Origin: Tortispora ganteri
Taxonomy: Eukaryota
Length of the DNA stretch: 64,000 nt
Assembly: GCA_003707115.1 (NCBI GenBank)
Contig: PPNB01000001.1
Location: 124,001 to 188,000 of the forward strand
Reading direction: 5' to 3'
The notes beneath the pieces are model-generated. The model ran no database searches. It saw only the letters and a program-made list of their open reading frames with translations, and had not been told where the DNA came from. This document shows, in pieces, positions 55,601 to 64,000 of the stretch (position 1 is the stretch's first letter; each line of letters starts with the position of its first letter). The translations under genes and the position numbers were made by a program.

Positions 55601-56332
55601 TATGCGTACATCACAGATTTTCAGCGTTCGATTGCCTTGGAGAGCAAGTGCAGTCGAACCAATTAGGTCTGAGAATGTGTTGTGTCCTGCGAAATGCATA
55701 TTTACGACATTTGAACGTTCGACTTTCTCAAAGCATTGTCCACCACTTACGTGAACAGAGCTGCCAGTGTCAAGGATCCAAACATTACCCGATGAGATTA
55801 TTTCGGGTTTGATGGATGCATTGAGTATAATGATTGCAATGTGACAAGATTCGGAATCGACAGCTGAGGGGTTCGATTTTATTGTCGAGTTTTGGTTTGA
55901 TCTATATCGATCTAGGGCGCGACATTCTTGGGCAGAGTGTCCTTGTTTGGAGCAGAATTGGCAAGTGATCGAACTAGCAGCATTGCGGCGAGAACAACCA
56001 CTTTTTGCTCTTTTCTTCTTGGAGATTTCATGCAAGGATACAGCCTGATTTCCATGCAGTACAAGGGCCTTGGATATTGTCGAAGTTCCGTTGTTTTGTT
56101 TGAATTTGGCAAATTGAAAATATCTGTCAGTGATTGCCTGAATTGGAGGTGGAGCCTGATTTCTCCTGATAGCCTCGTCCAGTTCTTCAGACATTTTCGC
56201 AACTATACCTGATTCAGGTCGTGAGGTTTCTGCAGGAGCCTCAGGAGCTTCTAAAATATCAAAGTCATTGTTTGTTTCAGTTGGAACTTCACTTTGAATG
56301 TTGCGATGACCACGTCCTCGAGTTTCTGGCAT
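52661..56332 (-). CDS. Copia gag-pol polyprotein (Zn knuckle, protease, integrase, RT, RNase H)
   Basis: CQFCSKQGHSAQEC, WILDTGSS, WHARYGH..CDSC, HVDTCGP, KARLVAKGF, YVDN and GYADASY. Domain order is PR-IN-RT-RH. Confidence 0.92.
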   Translation of the reverse strand: MPETRGRGHRNIQSEVPTETNNDFDILEAPEAPAETSRPESGIVAKMSEELDEAIRRNQAPPPIQAITDRYFQFAKFKQNNGTSTISKALVLHGNQAVSLHEISKKKRAKSGCSRRNAASSITCQFCSKQGHSAQECRALDRYRSNQNSTIKSNPSAVDSESCHIAIIILNASIKPEIISSGNVWILDTGSSVHVSGGQCFEKVERSNVVNMHFAGHNTFSDLIGSTALALQGNRTLKICDVRIFPELGNINILSVNRLTQDGARVFFSKESWKVTYPSGFTFGGSYDPESSLPVLSLSTSNDPSRSIGPGTYAVIANASSKDWHARYGHFNDALVNRTLKHLQIDSRLSNHKCDSCEKGKRIRHSFTPSPNRATRPLGIVHVDTCGPSKLIGREGERYFLLIRDDYTHFTKVFPSSTKANLSEKLVGWLKSCIRLSGQPLQIISSDNGSEIINHTLREFVNIEGGIIQNSFSYTPQQDGFAECAIQTMTDATRTVFFDSGLSQTFWPDALKYVCDTYNMLSFADLPNDQSPLETMFGRKQHPGFLHPFGCLAYVTTPNRDKTKFGLHVVPGIFLGYLKTMKGYLFISPDGRPFHGTLAKFSESVYPGMEFFTSATPRNIFYTATPAKTWFTKDISSSRVHKRMLSESSTSLSPPASPKRGRVNEEGVLMIRASTLPKIGKFSTELINLCFSQKGITSNPASNKVAVDEYLLLPEVTDPPKSIFQARKSILREKWNDACNRELTSLIAKETWELVKCPPGIQPIDNMWVFRVKETAEGVFDKFKARLVAKGFQQIKGLNYDEVYASVASYSMVRMLLAIAASRKWYTAQIDVETAFLNVKLEENVYMKQPQGFEDGTDRVCKLKKTLSGLKQAPRRWNETLVETIKSLDFTQNIYDDCFFYKKNIMLVIYVDNIAITAESEELILEFHQQLNSKYTSSIQQPISSFLSLNVKHTDEGIHISQSSFIERALARFELTDAAEKYTPMDVGLDIITKPQPNEDLNEFKSAIGTLAFLANFTRPDIAFSVNALASFSTCPTKTHWNAVKQVFQYLKHTKDLGILYKYGADEHIHGYADASYRNRTNCKSTTGWVLLQAGGPVAWASVKQKVSALATEHAEYIALCSAAVEAVSLKRKLSEIGIHHPEGVALYEDSQACIAAIKGDFTSTKMKHIDVKVYTIREFVQQKDVKLHYIESELQLADVLTEALPRHEHFDHLCKLLTGSNK

Positions 56333-56352
56333 TGATGTTTCGGCTTTTAAAC

Positions 56353-56769
56353 TGCTGGAATATCTGGATTAGGGTATTGTAGCTTAGGGTTTTGAGCACT
56401 ATGAAAGAAAATACGTAGGTACGTGAAAGTAGTTGAAAAACGGAAACCTTGACCTGTAGTTGAGTCTGGGCTAAAACCCTTTTGATCGTACGTTATTCAA
56501 ATAGCGTAAGATGAGTTGGTGAGATAAAGGTATAAATCTGCTAAGAATTTACTTTTGAACAACTTGTCTCTCTTGTCTTGATCAGGGACAATTGGACGTC
56601 TATTTATATTCTTTTAGGTTGTGACCTACGTCATTATAAGGTATTCAAAGAACCTTAATAGGTTTCTTTGAATGTGAAGCTGTTTCTTTGAACATGCTGA
56701 TTAAGTACTCAAAGAGACATTATATGTTTCTTTGTATTTGATATGGAAGAGCTCAGAAGTATGCTGTCA
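56353..56769 (-). repeat. LTR copy B (5' LTR, missing its first ~100 nt)
   Basis: Ends ...GATATTCCAGCA on minus next to the PBS. Homology to copies A and C stops near 56769. Confidence 0.8.
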
Positions 56770-56776
56770 GGTTACT

Positions 56777-57282
56777 TGTTGGAAGACGGTTTTCAAGGGC
56801 ACAAGTACCCAAACCGTAAATCTAGTTACTAATATTCGTTTATCCAGCCTTCGTATAAAACAAAGTTGAACCTGCTTCACAGATGAATACGAGAGCATAC
56901 TCCTGAGCTCTTCCATATTAGTAAGTGAACAACCTAAAAGGGTCTATGAGCATCGCATAATGGTGTCATAAACATGCAGTGGCGTGATTTTACAAATCCA
57001 CTAATACTTCAAATAGACGTCTAATTGTCCCTGATCAGGACAAGTGGAGACAAGTTACATAAGAGTGTTTACTCAGACAAGCAAATAAATTCTTAGTAGA
57101 TTTATACCTTTATCTCACTAACTCATCTTACGCTATTTGAATAACGTACGATCAGAAGGTTTTAGCCCGGACTACATTACTAGTCAAGGTTTCCCTCTTT
57201 CAACTACTTCACGTACCTACGTAGTTTCTTTCATAGTGCTCAAAACCCTAAGCTACAATACCCTAATCCAGATATTCCAACA
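56777..57282 (+). mobile_element. LTR copy C, solo LTR in opposite orientation (506 bp)
   Basis: TGTTGGAA...TTCCAACA terminal inverted repeats and reverse-complement similarity to copies A and B. Confidence 0.88.
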
Positions 57283-57449
57283 CTAATCCACAGAGTGACC
57301 AGACCAGGCTAACCCTCAGACACTTCTACGACTTCTTATCTAGATACCTTCATCTAGATTTATCTCATTCTTACTAGAGTTGGTATTATATACTGAAGTT
57401 GGTTAGAGGTACTATAGTTTTGTAGTATATTTGTTGCCACTGAGAAATT

Positions 57450-58636
57450 ATGCTTGAACTGGGTAAGTTGAACCGTCTCTACATTTATCGCTCTGAAATG
57501 GTTGTGCTAACATGATATTCACAGGATCCAAAACAATAACAAATCCTGACATTATTAAACAAGTATTTGATTTCAAAGACTCTTTAAATTTCAGGCAAGC
57601 GATAAAATTATCCCAGGAAGTTTCAGATTTCAAAAACTGGCAGCAATTGGGTGACTCTATTAAGCTCCCTGAAGTGTCCGATATTGATCCATCTCCGCTA
57701 CCGATTGTTCATGACCAGGACCGTTCACACCTATCAACCAAGAATATTCTAAGTAGCAAACTTGATTACGCTATCTGCAAGCACTGCTCGGCGCCAGTTT
57801 TAAAAAGTTGCATAATAAACCATATAAAAAAGTGCTTAGAACGTGTGGCAGCTTCTGTTGCAGACGCATCTGAGGACAAAGCCAATCGCGTCACAGTTAA
57901 ATTAAAGCTGAATACAGATAGGGATAGTCAATTTGCGGATACAACTGGAATGCATCCTAAAGTTCCTGATACATCAACTAAAACTGGTAAGAGGAGGAAG
58001 GCTGAAGATGGTGCGAAAGAGGCAAAGAGAGCGAAGAAAACGGCCAAAGCTGAAAAACCATCTGCCAAAATCAAAGTAGTAGACGTTGAGAGGCAATGTG
58101 GTGTACCATTACCGAATGGAGGATTTTGTGCTCGCTCATTAACCTGTAAAACTCATTCAATGGGTGCAAAACGATCTGTCCCCGGCAGATCTCAACCTTA
58201 TGACGTTCTTCTTGCAAGATACCAGAAACGGAATCATGCGAAGCAGTCTGTACGCCATTCTGCCAATAATAATACGAATGGAGATGCTGAAGATACCGTA
58301 AATGGTCTGGGGCAAATGGATCCGGATGAAGAGGTGGAACTAATATTGGACGCCATATCGCGACATGTTGCTATTCCTCTTGAAACCAAAACTATTATGC
58401 CTGCTAGAATCAGAACAAATTATTTCAGAATGAGAGAAATGTTTGCTAAATCTCTTGTTCCTTCCATTGCCGATAGATCTGGACTTGGAAATATTGCCGG
58501 AAGATCTGCCTTGATTGATCCCACTCAGCCACAAAATTTACATTTGATTAGAGCTATGAACCATCGCGTCGTATTAATGAACAAGCAACAATCCGCACAA
58601 ATAGTTGCACGCCAGCAGGCACAAGCACAGGCACAA

Positions 58637-58677
<41 letters not shown>

Positions 58678-58819
58678 AGCACAAGCACAAGCACAAGCAC
58701 AGGAACAGGCACAGGTTAGGGTCAAACTCTCTGGGGCTTCCGCTATTGCTGTAGCTGCAGCAAAGAGATCTCAGTCTCCTGCAGTTGCTACACCGCCATC
58801 GGCGAGTGATATGCGGTAA
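57450..58819 (+). CDS. SGF73: SAGA DUB-module subunit Sgf73 (ataxin-7 homolog); exons 57450-57462 and 57525-58819
   Basis: Zn finger CKHC...HIKKC and SCA7 domain VDVERQCGVPLPNGGFCARSLTCKTHSMGAKRSVPGRS. The intron GTAAGT..GCTAAC..CAG keeps the frame. Confidence 0.9.
58613..58714 (+). repeat. Hexanucleotide coding repeat CARGCA encoding a (QA)n tract
   Basis: Tandem caggca/caagca units translating to QQAQAQ...QAQEQAQ. Confidence 0.92.
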
Positions 58820-61104
58820 GGTTTTTTTTTAAATTGAAGTCGATGTCTGCAAACGTGACCGTGCGCTAACTCGAATAGCTGGAACTGATATACTGGATTA
58901 ATTTTTCTGAAGTTTTCAGCTAAAGTCCGCTGACTTCTATTGCCTGTATGTGTTATGCAGAAGCCTGAAACCTATAACAGGAAAAGAACTGAGTTGATAT
59001 GAATGTTTCAGCAAATAAATACGAACACAATGTCAGAGTTGATTGTCAAGCAGTATGGAAAGTATAACTACAATGGAATAAGAGATAGTGGTAAGGTATT
59101 CGATATGGAGTATTACATTGGAAACTACGTTTCTATGCTACTAGCGATATATCTCTCATGTATTTTTTTTGCTAATTGATATCTCCAAATTTATTATATA
59201 CATGTGGCAATATCAACATATCTATTATTGATGTGACTTTTCTACCACAATGCATACCTACATGGGAACTGCCGCAGCTTGAAGATACCGCCCGTTCATC
59301 ATGCGTGAGTCTTTTGCGTTAATATATGCATTAACGTTATTCAAAATAAAGTCATGTTCGGAAAAGGTATCTGAGTTACAGCTGATGCGTCTGATATTCG
59401 TGTGGTATGACTGGTTGCAAACCTATACCTCAAAAGATACACAAAATGCTTCAATGTGTATGCATTTTCGAGCGCTTTGGATTCTTATGAATAATATGGA
59501 AAGTACTATAGGCGCTTAAATCCCGAGAGTGTACCGCGAAGCTGATTGTTCCATCTTCAGGGCTGTATCCTTTGTTGTGTGATTATACAGCGTTGCATTA
59601 CAGTGTGACAAATATATCAGTTTTTTGTTTACGAGAAATAACTTTCAAGATATTTGTTTTATACCTGGTATAAAGGAGATTAGCTAGGTAAAGCATCAAC
59701 AGAAAAGTGGTCTCATGCTGTTTAGTCCAATATTGATTGATGACTAGTGTTCGAGAACCACACCTGGAAAACTAAAAACTGAGTTTTGGCCATTGAAGAT
59801 TGGATAAATAGTAAATAAGTTGAAGGTGATCTGACCTGTTTTGCGAGTTTAAGGATCGCTACAGAGGACATCCAGGAACTACTTTACTGGAAGGATGTGC
59901 GATAGCAAAAGACTTCATTTATATAACTGAAGCAGTTAAATACGATTACCACATGGCTGAGATATTTCCTGTACAACAACACACACACGCAAAACACACC
60001 AAAATACTAACAACAGTATTCGTTAATTATATGCGAAATATTAAACTGAAATTCACTCTAAAGATTAAGGAATTGCTATTGGAGTACGAGATAGACTATG
60101 TCGGTATACATCTAATGAGAAGCTCATGGGTTGAGAATAATTTTCAGAGCAGATCAGAGGCGCGCGCCTGTAGAAGAAAGCAAGCAATGTACAAGGCCAG
60201 GAAGTATATGGGTGCATTGATAAGTTATCCTACGCCAATGTTGAGATGACCCCAGCAAAGACTTAAAGAGTTATAAGGATGCTTGCGCACTAATGTACTG
60301 GACAAACTATGTGCGATATAGCCGAAAATATTGTAGCCAGAAATGCATAAACGGAAGGTTCAATGTCTGCTTTGGAGGTGATATCTGATTCTTCAGGTCA
60401 CTATTCTTAAACTGCTGATCGTGGATCTAACGCATCAAGAAGGGAAATTATGCAAAGGAATAAACAACGAGACTCTGTTTTTTTACCCGTGGCCAGAGTG
60501 CCAAAAATCTAAGGAAAGATGAGTATGCAGTATATACATTCTTTATCAGCTATCGATATGTTGAAATTTGATTGAATACAATCGAAAATGGAAAACATGC
60601 TGTATATGTCCATACTAGTACTTCTGCTTTAAATTATCAGTGCTTCAGGCTGAGATACCAACTGAGCCTATAACTACAATTCCCATTATCAAAATGAATA
60701 GATACAATACTGTAAAAGCGGTAGGAGTTATTTAATACCTACTATATTTGAGATTCGGCAGCTTAGTGATCAGGAAGATAGATATATCTCCGACAGTAAC
60801 GAAGGCAAGTCCAAGACCAGCAGGTACGTGAAAAAACTTCTTTCAGTTAGTTAAATTCATTAAATCAAAATTCAAAGAGATAAAAAGATAAATCTTTATT
60901 GGAGAAAATCCGGGATAAACTGCGTAAAGTAAAAACGATGGCTTATATACGGACCAGTCGCGCGGAGGAAGTCCCGATGACTATTTACCTTTTTTGGGAT
61001 ATTTGTAAACATACATTCTGTATCAACACCATCAAAGACCTATCAGATTGGTAACGAATACCTCTTTTTATACACATTCGCATATATAAAATAGTTCTCA
61101 AGAA

Positions 61105-62304
61105 ATGTTGAGCTCTGTGGAAAAACAGATTTCTAAAATGGAGATCTCTGAGAACAGAAACCCTGTTGAAAAACACAGCTATCATAATACAAAGTGGTAC
61201 AGTCATTCGAATGGTCTGCTTAATAATAAACAAGATCGAACTGCACACCCACGATTACATTTGCCTAAACAGACGTTTCAGTCAGCTTTGGAAAGTGATA
61301 AAAATGATTCCGTTTTAAGTTCAGATTCTAGCGCGAGCAATAGTAGTATCCAGTGGAAGCCTGCTTCGCAAGTATTCGAAGAATTAACAGATGATGATCA
61401 TGCTGGCGCATCTGTAAACAAACCATATCCACTGCAGGAACTTGAAAAGCAACGCAAGGCTCAAGGATGTAGAGAATTTAGTTTAGATAGTTTTGAAATT
61501 GGACGGAAACTTGGAAGAGGCAAATTTGGCAGAGTTTACTGCGCCCGTGATAAACTAACTGGTTACGTATGTGCTCTCAAGGCAATGGAAAAAAGCGAAC
61601 TGATGACCTATAAGGTCGAAAAGCAGTTTCGACGAGAAATCGAAATTCAGTCAAATTTACGACACCCTAATATTCTTCGGCTGTATGGGTTTTTTCATGA
61701 CTCTACGCGAGTTTTTTTGATATTGGAGTATGCTGGTCAAGGTGAATTATTTAGAATCTTGAGAAAGAAAGGTAGATTCGACGATGCCACTGCAGCTAAT
61801 TACATATACCAAATGTCTCAAGCATTACTATATTTGCATAAGAAACATGTCATTCATCGTGATATTAAACCGGAAAACATCTTGCTGGGCCTTGACGGAG
61901 ATCTCAAAATCTCTGATTTTGGATGGAGTGTACATGCTGTCAACTCCAGGCGACATACTATGTGCGGTACCCTCGACTATCTGCCACCTGAAATGGTAGA
62001 GTGTACTGCGTACGATGAAGCGATTGATATTTGGTCATTAGGCGTGCTGACATATGAGTTTCTTGTCGGCTGTCCACCGTTTGAGGAAAGTACAAAAAAC
62101 GCCACATGCAAGCGAATTGCTAAAGCAGATTACAGGATCCCTAGTTTTGTTTCTCATGATGCTGCAAATTTTATAGGGAAGCTTTTGCAAAAAGATCCTA
62201 CGAAACGCCTGTCTTTGGAAGGCATTCAGAATCACCCTTGGATAGTGAAAAATAAGCCAAACTGGAGAAAAAATAGCCCGGATCGTCTGCATGAAGAGGA
62301 GTAA
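61105..62304 (+). CDS. IPL1: Aurora kinase
   Basis: FEIGRKLGRGKFGRVY, QFRREIEIQSNLRHPNILRLYG, DFGWSVH and TMCGTLDYLPPEM. Confidence 0.95.
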   Translation: MLSSVEKQISKMEISENRNPVEKHSYHNTKWYSHSNGLLNNKQDRTAHPRLHLPKQTFQSALESDKNDSVLSSDSSASNSSIQWKPASQVFEELTDDDHAGASVNKPYPLQELEKQRKAQGCREFSLDSFEIGRKLGRGKFGRVYCARDKLTGYVCALKAMEKSELMTYKVEKQFRREIEIQSNLRHPNILRLYGFFHDSTRVFLILEYAGQGELFRILRKKGRFDDATAANYIYQMSQALLYLHKKHVIHRDIKPENILLGLDGDLKISDFGWSVHAVNSRRHTMCGTLDYLPPEMVECTAYDEAIDIWSLGVLTYEFLVGCPPFEESTKNATCKRIAKADYRIPSFVSHDAANFIGKLLQKDPTKRLSLEGIQNHPWIVKNKPNWRKNSPDRLHEEE

Positions 62305-62388
62305 AGCCTTAGATAGTGACATCAGAAAACAGTAATGAGCATGGTTGGTTCATATTTGTCATTTAGAAATGCTCAACGCTCAATATAT

Positions 62389-63063
62389 CTATCTGTAAAG
62401 TTCATCAAAAGGTCTTGTGTCTCTGAAGCACGAATTCCACACTTGATCGAGCACGCGTTCAGCCATTTCTTCAGACTTACAACTTGGATGAGACTTTATA
62501 GATATCAGAGCTCTCCTTTTGACACACTCTTGCTGTTGTTTTACAAATTTTAATTGAGTTATTAAGCGATTCTTTATCAACTCGTTCATCATTCTGCATT
62601 CTCCGGATAGATTACTCGCTCTTATTTCAGAGCACGCAACGTGCTTTAGATTCATCCAGTCTATGTTAAATTTGCAGAAGTCATAAGCGTGAACGAGTTC
62701 ATGAGATAATACGTCCTCCAAATGACCTTTGTCAGCAATATAGTTTTCACACAGAACGATGCCAAGTTCTGGACTGAACCCGCCACCCCTTCTTTCAGTA
62801 CAATGAGCACACAATATGTTATCTTCGTGTAGATTCCCTCCGAGCTTATGAATGTTATCAAGCATAAACCTCACAGTAGGCGAATAAGAAAGCATATACT
62901 TTTTATACTTCTCGCACCGTTGACATTCATTTTCCGATTTTTTGAACTGGAATTCAAGCTCTTCTTCAGGAGTGAGCTGACCTCCGAAGGCAACCTTAAA
63001 GAATCGGTACAGGTATTGCGTTTGCCCAATATTTTTAACCTCATCTGAGCCTTTTTCTGACAT
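62389..63063 (-). CDS. ATP23: Mitochondrial inner-membrane metalloprotease Atp23
   Basis: YSPTVRFM, GGFSP, HELVHAYD and ACSEIRASNLSGEC. Best-context ATG is at 63063, with an alternative at 63078. Confidence 0.92.
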   Translation of the reverse strand: MSEKGSDEVKNIGQTQYLYRFFKVAFGGQLTPEEELEFQFKKSENECQRCEKYKKYMLSYSPTVRFMLDNIHKLGGNLHEDNILCAHCTERRGGGFSPELGIVLCENYIADKGHLEDVLSHELVHAYDFCKFNIDWMNLKHVACSEIRASNLSGECRMMNELIKNRLITQLKFVKQQQECVKRRALISIKSHPSCKSEEMAERVLDQVWNSCFRDTRPFDELYR

Positions 63064-63242
63064 TTTGTTGGTAGGCATGCAGAATTCAAGGGTTAATGCT
63101 TTTGTCTCAGTACGACTGCCGCAAGCTCCTTCGAGTGCGTAAAAAGGCCCAAAGTTAAATAGCCGTGCGTTGATCAATTTCTTTGGCAAATGCAAAACTC
63201 TTTCTCCTCCATATTTTTTATTTGCGTCTTTTTTTAAAGAAA

Positions 63243-64000
63243 ATGTTAGGGAAAAAGCTCACTATTGTCATAAAACTCGGTTCCTCTTCTATATGCGATG
63301 AAGAAACTCATGAATTGAGACTTACTAATATGTGTTTGATTGTTCAGACAGCCGTGGAACTACGCAGTAAGGGCCACAAAGTGGTTTTTGTCTCTTCTGG
63401 AGCAGTGGCTGTTGGCATGCGCCGTATGGGTCTTCATAAAAAACCAAAAACGATGCCTGCGCGACAGGCATTGGCGTCAATTGGTCAATCGAGACTAATG
63501 GCTTACTGGGATAACTTCTTTAGGCTGCTGGATCAACCAATTGGTCAAGTACTCGTAAGCAGAACCGATATTTCAGACAGACACCAATACCTTAACGCTT
63601 CGAACACACTGAACGAGCTGCTTTCTATGGGAGTTATTCCTATTGTGAACGAGAACGATACGCTTAGTGTTAAAGAGATCAAATTTGGCGATAACGATAC
63701 TCTGTCAGCGATCACTGCAGGTATGGTAAACGCAGACTACCTGTTTTTGCTCACCGATGTAGACTGCCTCTATACAGCTAATCCAAGACTTGACCCTGAT
63801 GCCAAACCTGTTAAGGTGGTTGAAGACCTTTCTAAACTCAAAGTAAATGTGGATTCTCCAGGAAGCTCATTTGGAACCGGTGGTATGGTTACTAAACTCA
63901 TCGCTGCTGAAATAGCATGCTCGGCTGGTGTTACTACTGTCATTACCCGCAGCTCTGTCCCTGGAAATATCCATTCCATTCTCAATTACATCGAAAGATC
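63243..64000 (+). CDS. PRO1: Glutamate 5-kinase (5' part; runs off the window)
   Basis: [44 protein letters not shown] and GTGGMVTKL. Not in the ORF track. Confidence 0.93.
   Translation, partial: MLGKKLTIVIKLGSSSICDEETHELRLTNMCLIVQTAVELRSKGHKVVFVSSGAVAVGMRRMGLHKKPKTMPARQALASIGQSRLMAYWDNFFRLLDQPIGQVLVSRTDISDRHQYLNASNTLNELLSMGVIPIVNENDTLSVKEIKFGDNDTLSAITAGMVNADYLFLLTDVDCLYTANPRLDPDAKPVKVVEDLSKLKVNVDSPGSSFGTGGMVTKLIAAEIACSAGVTTVITRSSVPGNIHSILNYIER

Larger units (their letters stand above)
52072..56769 (-). mobile_element. Ty1/copia (Hemivirus-like) LTR retrotransposon, degenerate
   Basis: Truncated 5' LTR at 56353-~56769, PBS at 56339-56352, gag-pol at 52661-56332, PPT AGAGAGGGAG at 52531-52540, and 3' LTR at 52072-52530. 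Confidence 0.9.

Noticed and set aside
56368..56390. TTAGGG motifs as telomeric repeats
   Set aside because: Only two spaced copies are present, and they lie inside LTR sequence rather than in a tandem array.
58525..58725. Minus-strand ORF with a (CA)n Cys-Ala repeat
   Set aside because: It is the antisense shadow of the SGF73 QA repeat.
63770..63985. 71-aa minus-strand ORF
   Set aside because: It is antisense to the PRO1 coding sequence.
1..64000. CRISPR arrays, prokaryotic defence operons, alternative CUG code
   Set aside because: The sequence is fungal, with spliceosomal introns and no repeat-spacer arrays. CTG aligns with conserved Leu in Ipl1 (LRLYG, ENILLG, DYLPPE).

Overview
This is a gene-dense, intron-poor eukaryotic window from an ascomycete yeast. 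It uses the standard genetic code, since CTG falls at conserved Leu positions of Aurora kinase. Pex26-type and TRAPPC12-type genes suggest an early-diverging Saccharomycotina lineage (inference). It carries about 28 mostly housekeeping protein genes, including GAP1, SEC28, TFC3, RNY1, HOF1/cdc15-like, NOT1, SFP1, CYT2, ECM14, SYT1, RDS3, TWF1, SFC1, RPL43, DRS2, CEM1, PEX26, SGF73, IPL1, ATP23 and a partial PRO1. It also has one intron-containing tRNA-Ser(GCT) and a Ty1/copia LTR-retrotransposon locus with three related LTRs. Four observations stand out. (1) NOT1 sits behind a 906-nt stretch with no ATG in any frame and has an in-frame CUG in strong context, pointing to a non-AUG-initiated long isoform plus a leaky-scanning short isoform. 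(2) The copia primer-binding site matches the anticodon arm of tRNA-Lys(UUU), implying half-tRNA priming. (3) The copia ORF is uninterrupted but carries catalytic substitutions and lies between clearly diverged LTRs, next to a head-to-head LTR inverted repeat. (4) SFP1 probably has a ~1.2-kb 5'UTR intron. All gene calls come from motif recognition by eye; no database searches were run.
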